A stretch of 30,502 bases of DNA from Gemmatimonadales bacterium (lineage in GTDB: Bacteria; Gemmatimonadota; Gemmatimonadetes; Gemmatimonadales; GWC2-71-9). Every line of letters begins with the position of its first letter. Position 1 is the first letter of the stretch. Of the stretch, positions 1 through 7,872 are shown piece after piece. The notes under the pieces were generated by a model that was given only the letters and a program-made list of their open reading frames with translations, was not told where the DNA came from and searched no databases. Location: positions 1 to 30,502 of the forward strand of contig JBOHRZ010000001.1 in NCBI GenBank assembly GCA_050732975.1. The letters are read 5' to 3'. The translations under genes and the position numbers were made by a program.

Positions 1-1290
1 GGGGCGTCGGCCAGGCGGCTCTGCTCGCCTGGCGATCAATTGCGCGGTGATCCGGACTTTGTCGCCTTCGCGGGTGACGGAACCTTCGACGATCGCGTCG
101 ACGTTGAGCGCCTTGGCGACCTCCGGTGTGGGCGGCCGGTTCTTTCCGGCGTACTGCATGGTGGACCCCCGCGAGGTGACCCGAAGCGAACTGATCGTGG
201 CCAGATCGGTGGTCAGCTCGTCGGTCATCCCCTCGGCGAAATAATTCTGGGTCGTGTCCGCGGAGTAGTTGTCGAGCGGCATCACCGCGATCGAGCGGAT
301 GGTATGGGCCGCGCCGGGCGGCGGCGATTGCCGGGCCCTGCCGACAAGAAGAATGGCCAGCGCCGCCACCAGGACGAGCCCGGCCCCGACCCCGAACCAC
401 ATTCGACGCCGAGCCGGCGCAGGCGGCGGCGTCGACGGCCCGGCGGCGAGCGCATCGGCGAACTCACGCGCAGTCGCGAACCGATCCATCGGCGCCTTCG
501 CCAGCGCCCGCATGACGGCCGCGTCGACCGCCGGGGAGACGCTGTTCCGCAGCAAGCGCAGCGATGCCGGCCGCTCTGTCATCAGCTTCGCGATCATCGC
601 CTGCGGCGATGCCCCCGTGACCGGCGGTTCGCCGGCGAGCATCTCGTAGGTCACCGCACCGAGGGAGTAGATGTCGCTCCGGGCGTCGACGTTCCGATCG
701 CCGGCCGCCTGCTCGGGACTCATGTAGCTCGGCGTGCCGAGCGAGATGCCCGTTCCGGTGAGACGATCACCACCCGCCTCGGTCACCGCGAGCGCGATGC
801 CGAAATCGGTGAGGATCGCCTCGCCTTCGTGCAGCAGGATATTCTCCGGCTTGATATCACGGTGAACGACACCCTGCTGATGGGCATAGTTCAGCGCTGA
901 CGCGATCTGCCTCGCGATGTTGAGCGCCTCGTCGAGGCCCATCTGGCGTTCCCGAGTCAAGCGGGCGCGAAGTGACTCGCCGCGTACGAACGGCATCACA
1001 TAGTACAGGGTGCCGTCGACGTCGCCCGAATCGATCAGTGTGAGGATGTGCGGATGATCGAGCCCGGCCGTGATCCGCACCTCTGCGAGGAACCGGTGCG
1101 CCCCGAGCGCTGCCGCGATGCCCGGCCGCAGCACCTTGATGGCCACCTCGCGCTGGTGCTTGAGGTCGCGGGCGAGATACACCGTCGCCATCCCGCCCTG
1201 GCCGAGCTCGCGCTCGATCGTGTAGCGATCGGCCAGGCTCGTCCGGAGCGCAGCCGGCGGGGTGCCGGATTGTCCTGTTGAATCAGACAT
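1..1290 (-). CDS. Hanks-type Ser/Thr protein kinase with TM helix and TolB-like C-terminal region (runs off the left edge)
   Basis: Not in the ORF track; translated by hand from ATG at 1290: MSDSTGQ...LGQGGMATVYLA, VAIKVL, HRDIKPENILL, DFGIA, GTPSYMSPEQ, TM WFGVGAGLVLVAALAILLV, then SIAVMPLDN...YFAEGMTDEL. Confidence 0.93.
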   Translation of the reverse strand, partial: MSDSTGQSGTPPAALRTSLADRYTIERELGQGGMATVYLARDLKHQREVAIKVLRPGIAAALGAHRFLAEVRITAGLDHPHILTLIDSGDVDGTLYYVMPFVRGESLRARLTRERQMGLDEALNIARQIASALNYAHQQGVVHRDIKPENILLHEGEAILTDFGIALAVTEAGGDRLTGTGISLGTPSYMSPEQAAGDRNVDARSDIYSLGAVTYEMLAGEPPVTGASPQAMIAKLMTERPASLRLLRNSVSPAVDAAVMRALAKAPMDRFATAREFADALAAGPSTPPPAPARRRMWFGVGAGLVLVAALAILLVGRARQSPPPGAAHTIRSIAVMPLDNYSADTTQNYFAEGMTDELTTDLATISSLRVTSRGSTMQYAGKNRPPTPEVAKALNVDAIVEGSVTREGDKVRITAQLIARRAEPPGRRP

Positions 1291-1313
1291 GGGTGTAAGG
1301 TTTTGCGTTGCCC

Positions 1314-1363
1314 GCCCAGGGCCCAGGGCCCAGGGCCCAGGGCTCCGGGCGCTGGGCGCTGGG
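1314..1363. repeat. Heptamer tandem array (GCCCAGG)x4-GCTCCGG-(GCGCTGG)x2, imperfect hairpin
   Basis: Read directly; abuts the TAG stop (1364-1366) of the minus-strand gene; the two arms are near-complementary. Confidence 0.85.
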
Positions 1364-2524
1364 CTATCTCCCGGTCAGCCCCAGATACTCCGCCAATGAC
1401 CCGCTCTCCGCCACCTCGACATCGCTCGCTTGTCGCAGCAGCACCGCAATATCGTGCAGGTAATCCGGATTGGTGTAGTCGATCTTCGGCCAATCGCGAA
1501 TGTCGTCGGGCGCGAACAGCCCGCCCATCACCGCCATGACCGCCCGGAGGGTGTCCTTGGTGGGATTGATGTACACCGCGACCAGACGGTACGGATGACC
1601 GGCACGCAAGTGCGGCCCTCGCCCCTTGATGGCGAGGAGCTGGTGACTGACACCGAGCTCGTGTCCGGTCTTGTCCATGATTCCCTGGACGTGGGCCAGC
1701 ACCTTGCCGGTCCGGACGTCCTCGAGACGGATCTGCGCACCGAAGTCATGCAGGTGGCCGCCGACGCCGAGCAGGCGTCCACTCACCGGGATGGTGAAGT
1801 TGTACACTCGCGTACGGCCGCCTGGCGGGACGTCGTACGAATCCGGCATCCCGGGATCGGAATTGATGTCGACCTTGAACGGCAGCGCGGCAAGCGGACG
1901 CGGCGTCGTGTTGGCCGGTGAACAGATCAGCGTGAGGCGGTAATAGATTCCGTCGAGGTCATGGCCGGTATCGTTGTTCCACATGAGATAGACGCCCATG
2001 TGCATCCCCTTGTCGACCGGGACACCGACACTTCGCGGCAACACGACCGGTGCGGTTTCCTCGCCGACGCCGAGCACGCGTTCGGCCAGCGGATAGACGA
2101 GCTGGCGACGATCATAGTTGATGAACTCCATATGGTGCATGGTGCGCTGGGGCATGAGGTGGCCGTCGCGATCGAGGATCTCGACCTTGAAGCCGCGCAG
2201 CCAGTCGGTGTTGGGCCACTGGAACTTGGTCAGCAGCAGCTCACCGTGGGCGGCATGCCCGCCGCCCATCCCCATGTCCATCGACATCATCCCGTCCATG
2301 TCCATCGGCGGCAGATGATAGGGACCGGCCGTGACGATGACCCGGTGGTGGACCGAATCGACGGTGATATGCACCGGAGCCCGTGGAAGGGTCGCGTCCA
2401 TTCCCGGCGCCGACGGCAGGACGGGCTCGACGGGAGTCCCCCCGGTCTGGGCGCTGACCCAGGGGCAAATGGCTACCACCGCCACCAGCAGCAAGCCGCC
2501 GGCCGTCAGACCTGATCGTGACAT
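1364..2524 (-). CDS. Secreted Met/His-rich protein, putative copper type II monooxygenase (PHM/DBH)-like fold, 386 aa
   Basis: GGAGG RBS before ATG 2524; signal peptide MSRSGLTAGGLLLVAVVAICPWVSA; motifs MHH, GGHLHDFG and a late Met (AVMAVM); Met-rich tract MDMDGMMSMDMGM. The CDS is secure; the function is inference. Confidence 0.6.
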   Translation of the reverse strand: MSRSGLTAGGLLLVAVVAICPWVSAQTGGTPVEPVLPSAPGMDATLPRAPVHITVDSVHHRVIVTAGPYHLPPMDMDGMMSMDMGMGGGHAAHGELLLTKFQWPNTDWLRGFKVEILDRDGHLMPQRTMHHMEFINYDRRQLVYPLAERVLGVGEETAPVVLPRSVGVPVDKGMHMGVYLMWNNDTGHDLDGIYYRLTLICSPANTTPRPLAALPFKVDINSDPGMPDSYDVPPGGRTRVYNFTIPVSGRLLGVGGHLHDFGAQIRLEDVRTGKVLAHVQGIMDKTGHELGVSHQLLAIKGRGPHLRAGHPYRLVAVYINPTKDTLRAVMAVMGGLFAPDDIRDWPKIDYTNPDYLHDIAVLLRQASDVEVAESGSLAEYLGLTGR

Positions 2525-2749
2525 CGTGCCTCCACCATGGGATAACGGAAGATACCGGCTCGGGCGGCTTGGCGCGACGCGCCGCCTTCCACAGGACGCG
2601 CGAGGCGGGCGCATTGTTGCAGACGCGGCGATCCGGGCCCTCATTACAATCGGAGCGACCCGTACGGCTCGGTCGGCCCATGTCCCGGTCTCCGGCCCCC
2701 GTTGCCGCGGATAGATTCTGATTCAGCCCTGCGATTCGAGGACAGCCTG

Positions 2750-3181
2750 ATGCGTATTCCCTTGTCACCCCGTCGCTTCCTGCTCGCCGGCTCACTGGCG
2801 CTCGCCTCGGCCGCGTGCAATTCCAGCACCCCGACCCTCGGGCCGGGCGATGCCATTCGCGGCCAATGGGTGGACACCGATGTGAGCCTTGCCGCAACAG
2901 CCTCCGGCATGAGTTTCGTCCAGACCTGTTCCAACGCTGAATTCGCCCCCGCCACCCTCGACGAGAACGGCGATTTCACGGTCGTCTCGACGCGCTACAC
3001 CATCCTCGGCAACATCAGGCACTTCGGCGACGAACGCCTGGAGCTGATTGGCCACGTCGACGCCACTCAGCAACTGTCGTTGACGGTGCGCGTGCTCAGC
3101 GACTCGCTCCCCGTGAGCGATCCGTGGGCGGTGACGCTGCATCCCGGCAAGGTCGGTTCGCCGCCGCTCTGTTCCGCTTAA
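2750..3181 (+). CDS. Small hypothetical lipoprotein, 143 aa
   Basis: MRIPLSPRRFLLAGSLALASAAC: basic N-terminus, hydrophobic core, lipobox-like Cys; GAGG upstream. Confidence 0.7.
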   Translation: MRIPLSPRRFLLAGSLALASAACNSSTPTLGPGDAIRGQWVDTDVSLAATASGMSFVQTCSNAEFAPATLDENGDFTVVSTRYTILGNIRHFGDERLELIGHVDATQQLSLTVRVLSDSLPVSDPWAVTLHPGKVGSPPLCSA

Positions 3182-3211
3182 CGGCGGTCCCGGTGCACAT
3201 GGCGCTCGCGG

Positions 3212-4426
3212 CTATTCGTATCGCAGCGACTCGATGGGATCGAGACGGGCCGCACGCTGAGCGGGCCACAGCCCGAAAATCAGGCCGACCAGTCCGGAGA
3301 ACGCGAACGCCACCAGAATCGCGATTGGCGATATCTGCGTCGCGGCGCCGTACTCCTTGCTCACGAAGATCGACGCGCCGACGCCGGCCGCGACCCCGAA
3401 CAGCCCGCCGGCAATGCAGAGCGTGAGCGCCTCGATCAGGAACTGGCCCATGATGACGGAGCGGGTCGCTCCCAGCGACTTGCGGATGCCGATCTCGCGG
3501 GTGCGCTCGGTCACCGATACCAGCATGATGTTCATGATCCCGATGCCACCCACCACCAGCGACACGGCCGCGATCGACAACAGCAGCGTCGAGAAGGTAT
3601 TCGCGGTCTGCTGCCGGGTCGCCAGGAAGTCCATCGGCGACAGCATCCGGAAGTCGTCGGGGTCGCCCGGCCGGAGTCGATGCTGGCGGCGCAGTACAGT
3701 CTCGATGTCCACCATGCTCCGTTCCAGCGGCACGCTGTCGCGCACCACCGCCGAGATCGACCGCAACCGGTCGTTGCCGAAGACGCGGTACTGCGCCGTC
3801 TGCAGCGGAATCAGGATCTGCTCGTCGGGATTGCTCCATCCCTGCGATCCCTTGGCGCTCAGCACGCCGATCACCTCGAATGGCAACTGACGAATCGAAA
3901 TCGACTGTCCGATCAGCGCGGCCGCGTTCACATTGAGCAATTTCGGCACATCGGCGCCGACCACGGCGTAGCGCTGCCGGGCAGCATCGTCCCCCCGGGT
4001 GAACATGCGGCCCCAGGTGATGGTATAGTCGTGCGCCCTGGCATAGTTGGCCGTGGTGCCGACGATGCTGGTGTTGATGTTCTGGCTGAGATAGACAACC
4101 TGCTGATTGCGCGACATCTCCGGCACCACGTCCGAGACCGTGGTGGCGTCGGCGGCCAGCGAATCGGCGTCCTTGACCGTCATCGCAGCCCGGGATTCGG
4201 TGGCCACGTGACCCATCATGTGTCCCATCCCGGGGTTGATGCTGATCAGGTTGGCGCCGAGGGCATTGATCTGCTCCTGCACGGCGGACTTGGCGCCGCT
4301 GCCCATTGCGACCACGGTGATCACGGCCGCCACACCGATGATGACGCCGAGCATGGTGAGTGCTCCGCGCAGCTTGTTGGCGCGAATGCTGTTGAGTGCC
4401 TCGCGAATTGTTTCACCTATCAACAT
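3212..4426 (-). CDS. MacB/FtsX-family ABC transporter permease, 404 aa
   Basis: LTMLGVIIGVAAVI, periplasmic core, VGGIGIMNIMLVSVTERTREIGIRKSLGA, C-terminal PAQRAARLDPIESLRYE. Confidence 0.95.
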   Translation of the reverse strand: MLIGETIREALNSIRANKLRGALTMLGVIIGVAAVITVVAMGSGAKSAVQEQINALGANLISINPGMGHMMGHVATESRAAMTVKDADSLAADATTVSDVVPEMSRNQQVVYLSQNINTSIVGTTANYARAHDYTITWGRMFTRGDDAARQRYAVVGADVPKLLNVNAAALIGQSISIRQLPFEVIGVLSAKGSQGWSNPDEQILIPLQTAQYRVFGNDRLRSISAVVRDSVPLERSMVDIETVLRRQHRLRPGDPDDFRMLSPMDFLATRQQTANTFSTLLLSIAAVSLVVGGIGIMNIMLVSVTERTREIGIRKSLGATRSVIMGQFLIEALTLCIAGGLFGVAAGVGASIFVSKEYGAATQISPIAILVAFAFSGLVGLIFGLWPAQRAARLDPIESLRYE

Positions 4427-4557
4427 GATCGGCGTGCCTTCTGTACCGTGGGTAATCGCGTTGCGTCGTTCGACGTCACTCGAGGAAACGCGTGGCGGCG
4501 GCGGGTCGTTCCTGTTCTCGCATGACGTCGTTCCCGGTGCGATCGTGACAGTGTGCC

Positions 4558-4586
4558 TTGCCACCGCTCCGAACCGGCGGTAGAAT
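4558..4586 (+). promoter_or_regulatory. Sigma70-type promoter for the ankyrin gene
   Basis: TTGCCA-N17-TAGAAT, near-consensus in a very GC-rich background. Confidence 0.65.
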
Positions 4587-4592
4587 CCGATC

Positions 4593-4713
4593 GCGTTCCA
4601 GGCCGCACCCCCGTCCGCGGGCAGGGATCATCCCACCTGGTTGGTCTGCTGGTGACAATCGACCTCTCTTCAGCCCATCGCGGCGGACGCCGGGCATCCA
4701 CGAAGGGGGAGTC
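4593..4713 (+). promoter_or_regulatory. Candidate structured 5' leader RNA
   Basis: CGTCCGC (4612-4618) pairs with GCGGACG (4683-4689); internal GGGA-TCA-TCCC hairpin; followed by AAGGGGGAG RBS. Confidence 0.4.
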
Positions 4714-6228
4714 ATGTCTCGCGTCCTGCCGGAACATCCGGATCTCGAACATCTCAGGGGTCAGGCCAAGGCGCTGTTGCAGATGCTGCGCGATGGCCAG
4801 TCCGAAGCCGCCGAGCGATTCCGCAGCGTCGGTGTCGACGCGGTTGCCAGGCTTTCGGAAGCGCAACATGTCGTCGCGCGGGAATACGGATTCCCGTCCT
4901 GGGCGAAACTGAAGGCGCACGTGGAATCGCGGGTTGCCGAGCCCGCCCAGGCGCTGATCCTCGCCGTCAAGGCGCACGACGCCGATCGAGTGCGGGCGAT
5001 TGTTGCCCGCCATCCGTCGATCCGCACAATCATCAACCGGGGGACCGACGAGTTGGGCTTCGGCGCGACACCGTTGATCGCCGCCGTGCAGCAGAGCGAC
5101 CGCGCCATGATCGACGCCCTGCTCGCCGCCGGCGCCGACATCGCGGTCAAGAGCGACTGGTGGGCGGGCGGATTCTCGGTGCTGGAAACCGCGTCGGAGG
5201 AGACGGTGCCGTTTCTTCTCGAACGCGGCGCCGTGCTGGAACCATGTTCGGCCGCGAAGTTCGGCACGATCGACCGCCTCGCCGGGATGGTGGCGACCGA
5301 TCCGACGGCGGTGCACGCGCGCGGCGGCGACGGGAAGACGCCGTTGCATTGGGCGAAAGATGTGGCGACGGCGCGTTTTCTCGTCAACCATGGCGCCGAT
5401 GTCAACGCGCGCGATGTCGATCACGAATCCACGCCGATCCAGTACATGGCGCGGGACCGCCAGGAGATCGTGCGCTACCTCATCGCACAGGGGGCCGAGG
5501 CGGACATCTTCGCCGCCGCGGCGATCGGCGACCTGCCGCTCGCGACGCGGATCCTCGATGCCAACCCGGACGCCGTCGAGATGGTTGTCAACGGAACGTC
5601 CTTCCCGATGGCAAACCCGAGGGCCGGCGGGATCATCTATATCTGGACGCTGGGCAACGGCAAGACGCCGCACACGGTGGCGCAGGAGTTCGAACACCCG
5701 GACGTGTACGATCTGCTCATGTCACGCAGCCCCGACCAGGTGAAGCTGGCGCAGGCATGCCTGCTCGGCGACGAGAAATTGTTCGAGCGCTTTCTCGCCG
5801 ACCATCCCGACATCACCGCACAGCTTACGCCGGCGATGAGACAGCAGATCGTTGGTGCGGCGGTCAACAACAACACCAGTGCGGTGCGGCTCATGCTGCG
5901 CGCCGGGTGGCCGGCCGATGTTCGCGGGCCGCACGGCGGCACGCCGCTGCACTGGTCGGCGTGGCACGGCAACCTGGCAATGATGCGCGAGATTCTCCGC
6001 CATCATCCGCCGCTCGACCTCCGCGACAATGCGCACAATATTCCCCCGCTCGGCTGGGCACTCCATGGGTCGCTGCATGGCTGGCACGCGAAGGACGGCG
6101 ATTTCGGAGGCGTGGTCACGGCGCTGATCGAGGCCGGCGCAAAGACCGACAATCCGCCCCCTCTCCCGACGATGGAGGGGAGCGACGCGGCGTTGGCGGC
6201 GTACCGGCGGGGCGCCGGCCGGCGCTGA
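4714..6228 (+). CDS. Ankyrin repeat protein with conserved N-terminal 'LEHLRGQAK...AREYGFPSW' domain, 504 aa
   Basis: Ankyrin motifs GATPLIAAV, GKTPLHWA...LVNHGADVNARD, GGTPLHWSAWHGN; RBS before ATG 4714. Confidence 0.92.
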   Translation: MSRVLPEHPDLEHLRGQAKALLQMLRDGQSEAAERFRSVGVDAVARLSEAQHVVAREYGFPSWAKLKAHVESRVAEPAQALILAVKAHDADRVRAIVARHPSIRTIINRGTDELGFGATPLIAAVQQSDRAMIDALLAAGADIAVKSDWWAGGFSVLETASEETVPFLLERGAVLEPCSAAKFGTIDRLAGMVATDPTAVHARGGDGKTPLHWAKDVATARFLVNHGADVNARDVDHESTPIQYMARDRQEIVRYLIAQGAEADIFAAAAIGDLPLATRILDANPDAVEMVVNGTSFPMANPRAGGIIYIWTLGNGKTPHTVAQEFEHPDVYDLLMSRSPDQVKLAQACLLGDEKLFERFLADHPDITAQLTPAMRQQIVGAAVNNNTSAVRLMLRAGWPADVRGPHGGTPLHWSAWHGNLAMMREILRHHPPLDLRDNAHNIPPLGWALHGSLHGWHAKDGDFGGVVTALIEAGAKTDNPPPLPTMEGSDAALAAYRRGAGRR

Positions 6229-6277
6229 CCGCCGGTGTCCGTGGGTTCGGCGCTACAGTGTTGCCTGGCTGCCACCC

Positions 6278-6306
6278 TTGCGGGATGGCGGGACGGGCCA
6301 CATGAT
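6278..6306 (+). promoter_or_regulatory. Possible sigma70 promoter for the small-peptide pair
   Basis: TTGCGG-N17-CATGAT ending 28 nt before the first sORF. Confidence 0.35.
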
Positions 6307-6334
6307 CTTCGTCGCATCATACCATGGAGGCAGG

Positions 6335-6427
6335 ATGAAGAGGACGTTCGAGGCGCCGACGATCCGATCCGGGGCGAGCCTTGGTTCGCTCACTCTCGGC
6401 ACGATTTCGGGACAGATCGACGAGTGA
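6335..6427 (+). CDS. Small peptide 1, RiPP-precursor-like (MKRTFEAPTIRSGASLGSLTLGTISGQIDE, 30 aa)
   Basis: GGAGG RBS; paralogous to the next sORF in protein and DNA; FxxPxI...LT motif resembling lasso/RRE-dependent leaders. Confidence 0.75.
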   Translation: MKRTFEAPTIRSGASLGSLTLGTISGQIDE

Positions 6428-6480
6428 CGCCCTGACGGCGCGGTCCGCATGAGGTTTCCAACGTTTATCGGGGAGGCATG

Positions 6481-6576
6481 ATGAAGAAGACGTTCAGTGC
6501 ACCGGCGATTCAGCTCATTGCTGCCCTCGGCGCAATGACGCTCCAGCTGTCGGGGCAGACCGACTTCCTCGAGTAG
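6481..6576 (+). CDS. Small peptide 2, RiPP-precursor-like (MKKTFSAPAIQLIAALGAMTLQLSGQTDFLE, 31 aa; alternative ATG at 6478)
   Basis: GGGAGG RBS; 16 identical positions with peptide 1 in a one-gap manual alignment. Confidence 0.75.
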   Translation: MKKTFSAPAIQLIAALGAMTLQLSGQTDFLE

Positions 6577-6578
6577 CG

Positions 6579-7835
6579 ATGTCTCGGTCGGCAGTCATCG
6601 AGCTTTGCAGGAAGCGCCCGGTCCTCCGGGCGCTTTCGCTTGCCGGTGCCTTGCTGGCGAGCGTCCTTGGCGTGGCGTGCCGTTCGACGTCCGCGACGAT
6701 CCGCGCCGGTCTGCTGCTCGATGGACGCGGCGGCGAGATGCGCGACGCGATGATCACCGTCGTCGGGGGACGGATCACGTCGGTCGCGCCGTGGAACGGT
6801 ACCGCGCCGACCTACGACCTCTCACGGTACACCGTCCTGCCGGGGCTGATCGATGCCCACGTCCATCTCAACGGGTTCTTCAATCAGCAGGGCCGCCTGG
6901 CCAGCACCGACGATGGCGAATCCGCCGCGCAACACGACGCCGAGCGTGCCACTGCCGCGCTTGCCACGCTGCGCGCCGGCTTCACCACGGTGGCGAGCAT
7001 GGGCGCCGAGGCGGAGAAACCGCTTCGTGATCAAATCAAGCGGGGGCGAGCGGTCGGCCCGCGGATCCTCACGTCGCTTGCGCAGATCCGCGACACCACG
7101 CTGACGCCGGATTCGTTGCGCCGCGTGGTGCGAGCGCACGCGGCCGAAGGTGCCGACTTCATCAAGGTGTTCGCTTCGGGCCCGCTGGCCACCGGCGGCA
7201 AGCCGATGTACACCGAGGCGCAACTCACTGCGGTCTGCGACGAGGCGCGGCGCCACCATCTGCGATCGGTCGTGCATGCCCACGATGATGCTTCGGTTCG
7301 CGCCGCGGTGGCAGCCGGCTGTACCGAGGTCGAGCACGGCGTCTATGCCAGCGACTCGACGCTGGCGCTGCTCGCGGCGCGCGGTGTCTGGTTTGACCCC
7401 CAGTGCGACCTGGTGATCGCCAACTACCTCGACAATCGGGCCCATTTCGAGGGTCCCAACTTCTATGATTCCTCGGCGTTCGCGGTTCTCGCCCGCGTGC
7501 GTCCACTGCTGCCGGCCCTGCTGCGCCGGGCGCTCGCCACGCCGGGTCTCAAGGTGCTGTACGGCACCGACGCGACGGCCGGTGCGCACGGGAGGGACGG
7601 CGAAGACCTGATCTGCCGCGTGCGCCAGGCGGGCGACTCGCCGATGGATGCCTTGATCGCGGCGACGTCGCGCAACGCCGAGGCCCTCGGCCTGGGCCGT
7701 GAGATCGGGACCATTGCGCCGGGATACCGCGCAGATCTGATCGCCCTCGACGGGAATCCGCTGGAGGAAATCGAAGCGGTACGGCGGGTCAGGTTCGTGA
7801 TGAAAGGCGGCGTGGTTTTCCGGCACGACCTCTGA
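6579..7835 (+). CDS. Amidohydrolase superfamily protein (Xaa-Pro dipeptidase/imidazolonepropionase-like), probably exported
   Basis: VLPGLIDAHVH, IKVF (carboxylated Lys position), VVHAH, EHG, YGTD, GTIAPGYRADLI; N-terminal hydrophobic segment; start uncertain. Confidence 0.9.
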   Translation: MSRSAVIELCRKRPVLRALSLAGALLASVLGVACRSTSATIRAGLLLDGRGGEMRDAMITVVGGRITSVAPWNGTAPTYDLSRYTVLPGLIDAHVHLNGFFNQQGRLASTDDGESAAQHDAERATAALATLRAGFTTVASMGAEAEKPLRDQIKRGRAVGPRILTSLAQIRDTTLTPDSLRRVVRAHAAEGADFIKVFASGPLATGGKPMYTEAQLTAVCDEARRHHLRSVVHAHDDASVRAAVAAGCTEVEHGVYASDSTLALLAARGVWFDPQCDLVIANYLDNRAHFEGPNFYDSSAFAVLARVRPLLPALLRRALATPGLKVLYGTDATAGAHGRDGEDLICRVRQAGDSPMDALIAATSRNAEALGLGREIGTIAPGYRADLIALDGNPLEEIEAVRRVRFVMKGGVVFRHDL

Positions 7836-7872
7836 TCAGGGCGCCGAGCGGCCGGACGCCCATATTACTGTC

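Noticed and set aside
1..33. Kinase sequence appears to drift after ITAQLI (ARRAEPPGRRP)
   Set aside because: Too short to judge; may be an edge artefact or low-quality sequence.
40..900. Long ORFs overlapping real genes on the opposite strand or frame (e.g. 40-900+, 4420-5697-, 7902-9404+, 11892-14117-, 28913-30415-)
   Set aside because: Arg/Gly/Pro-rich shadow ORFs typical of high-GC DNA, overlapping genes with clear family motifs.
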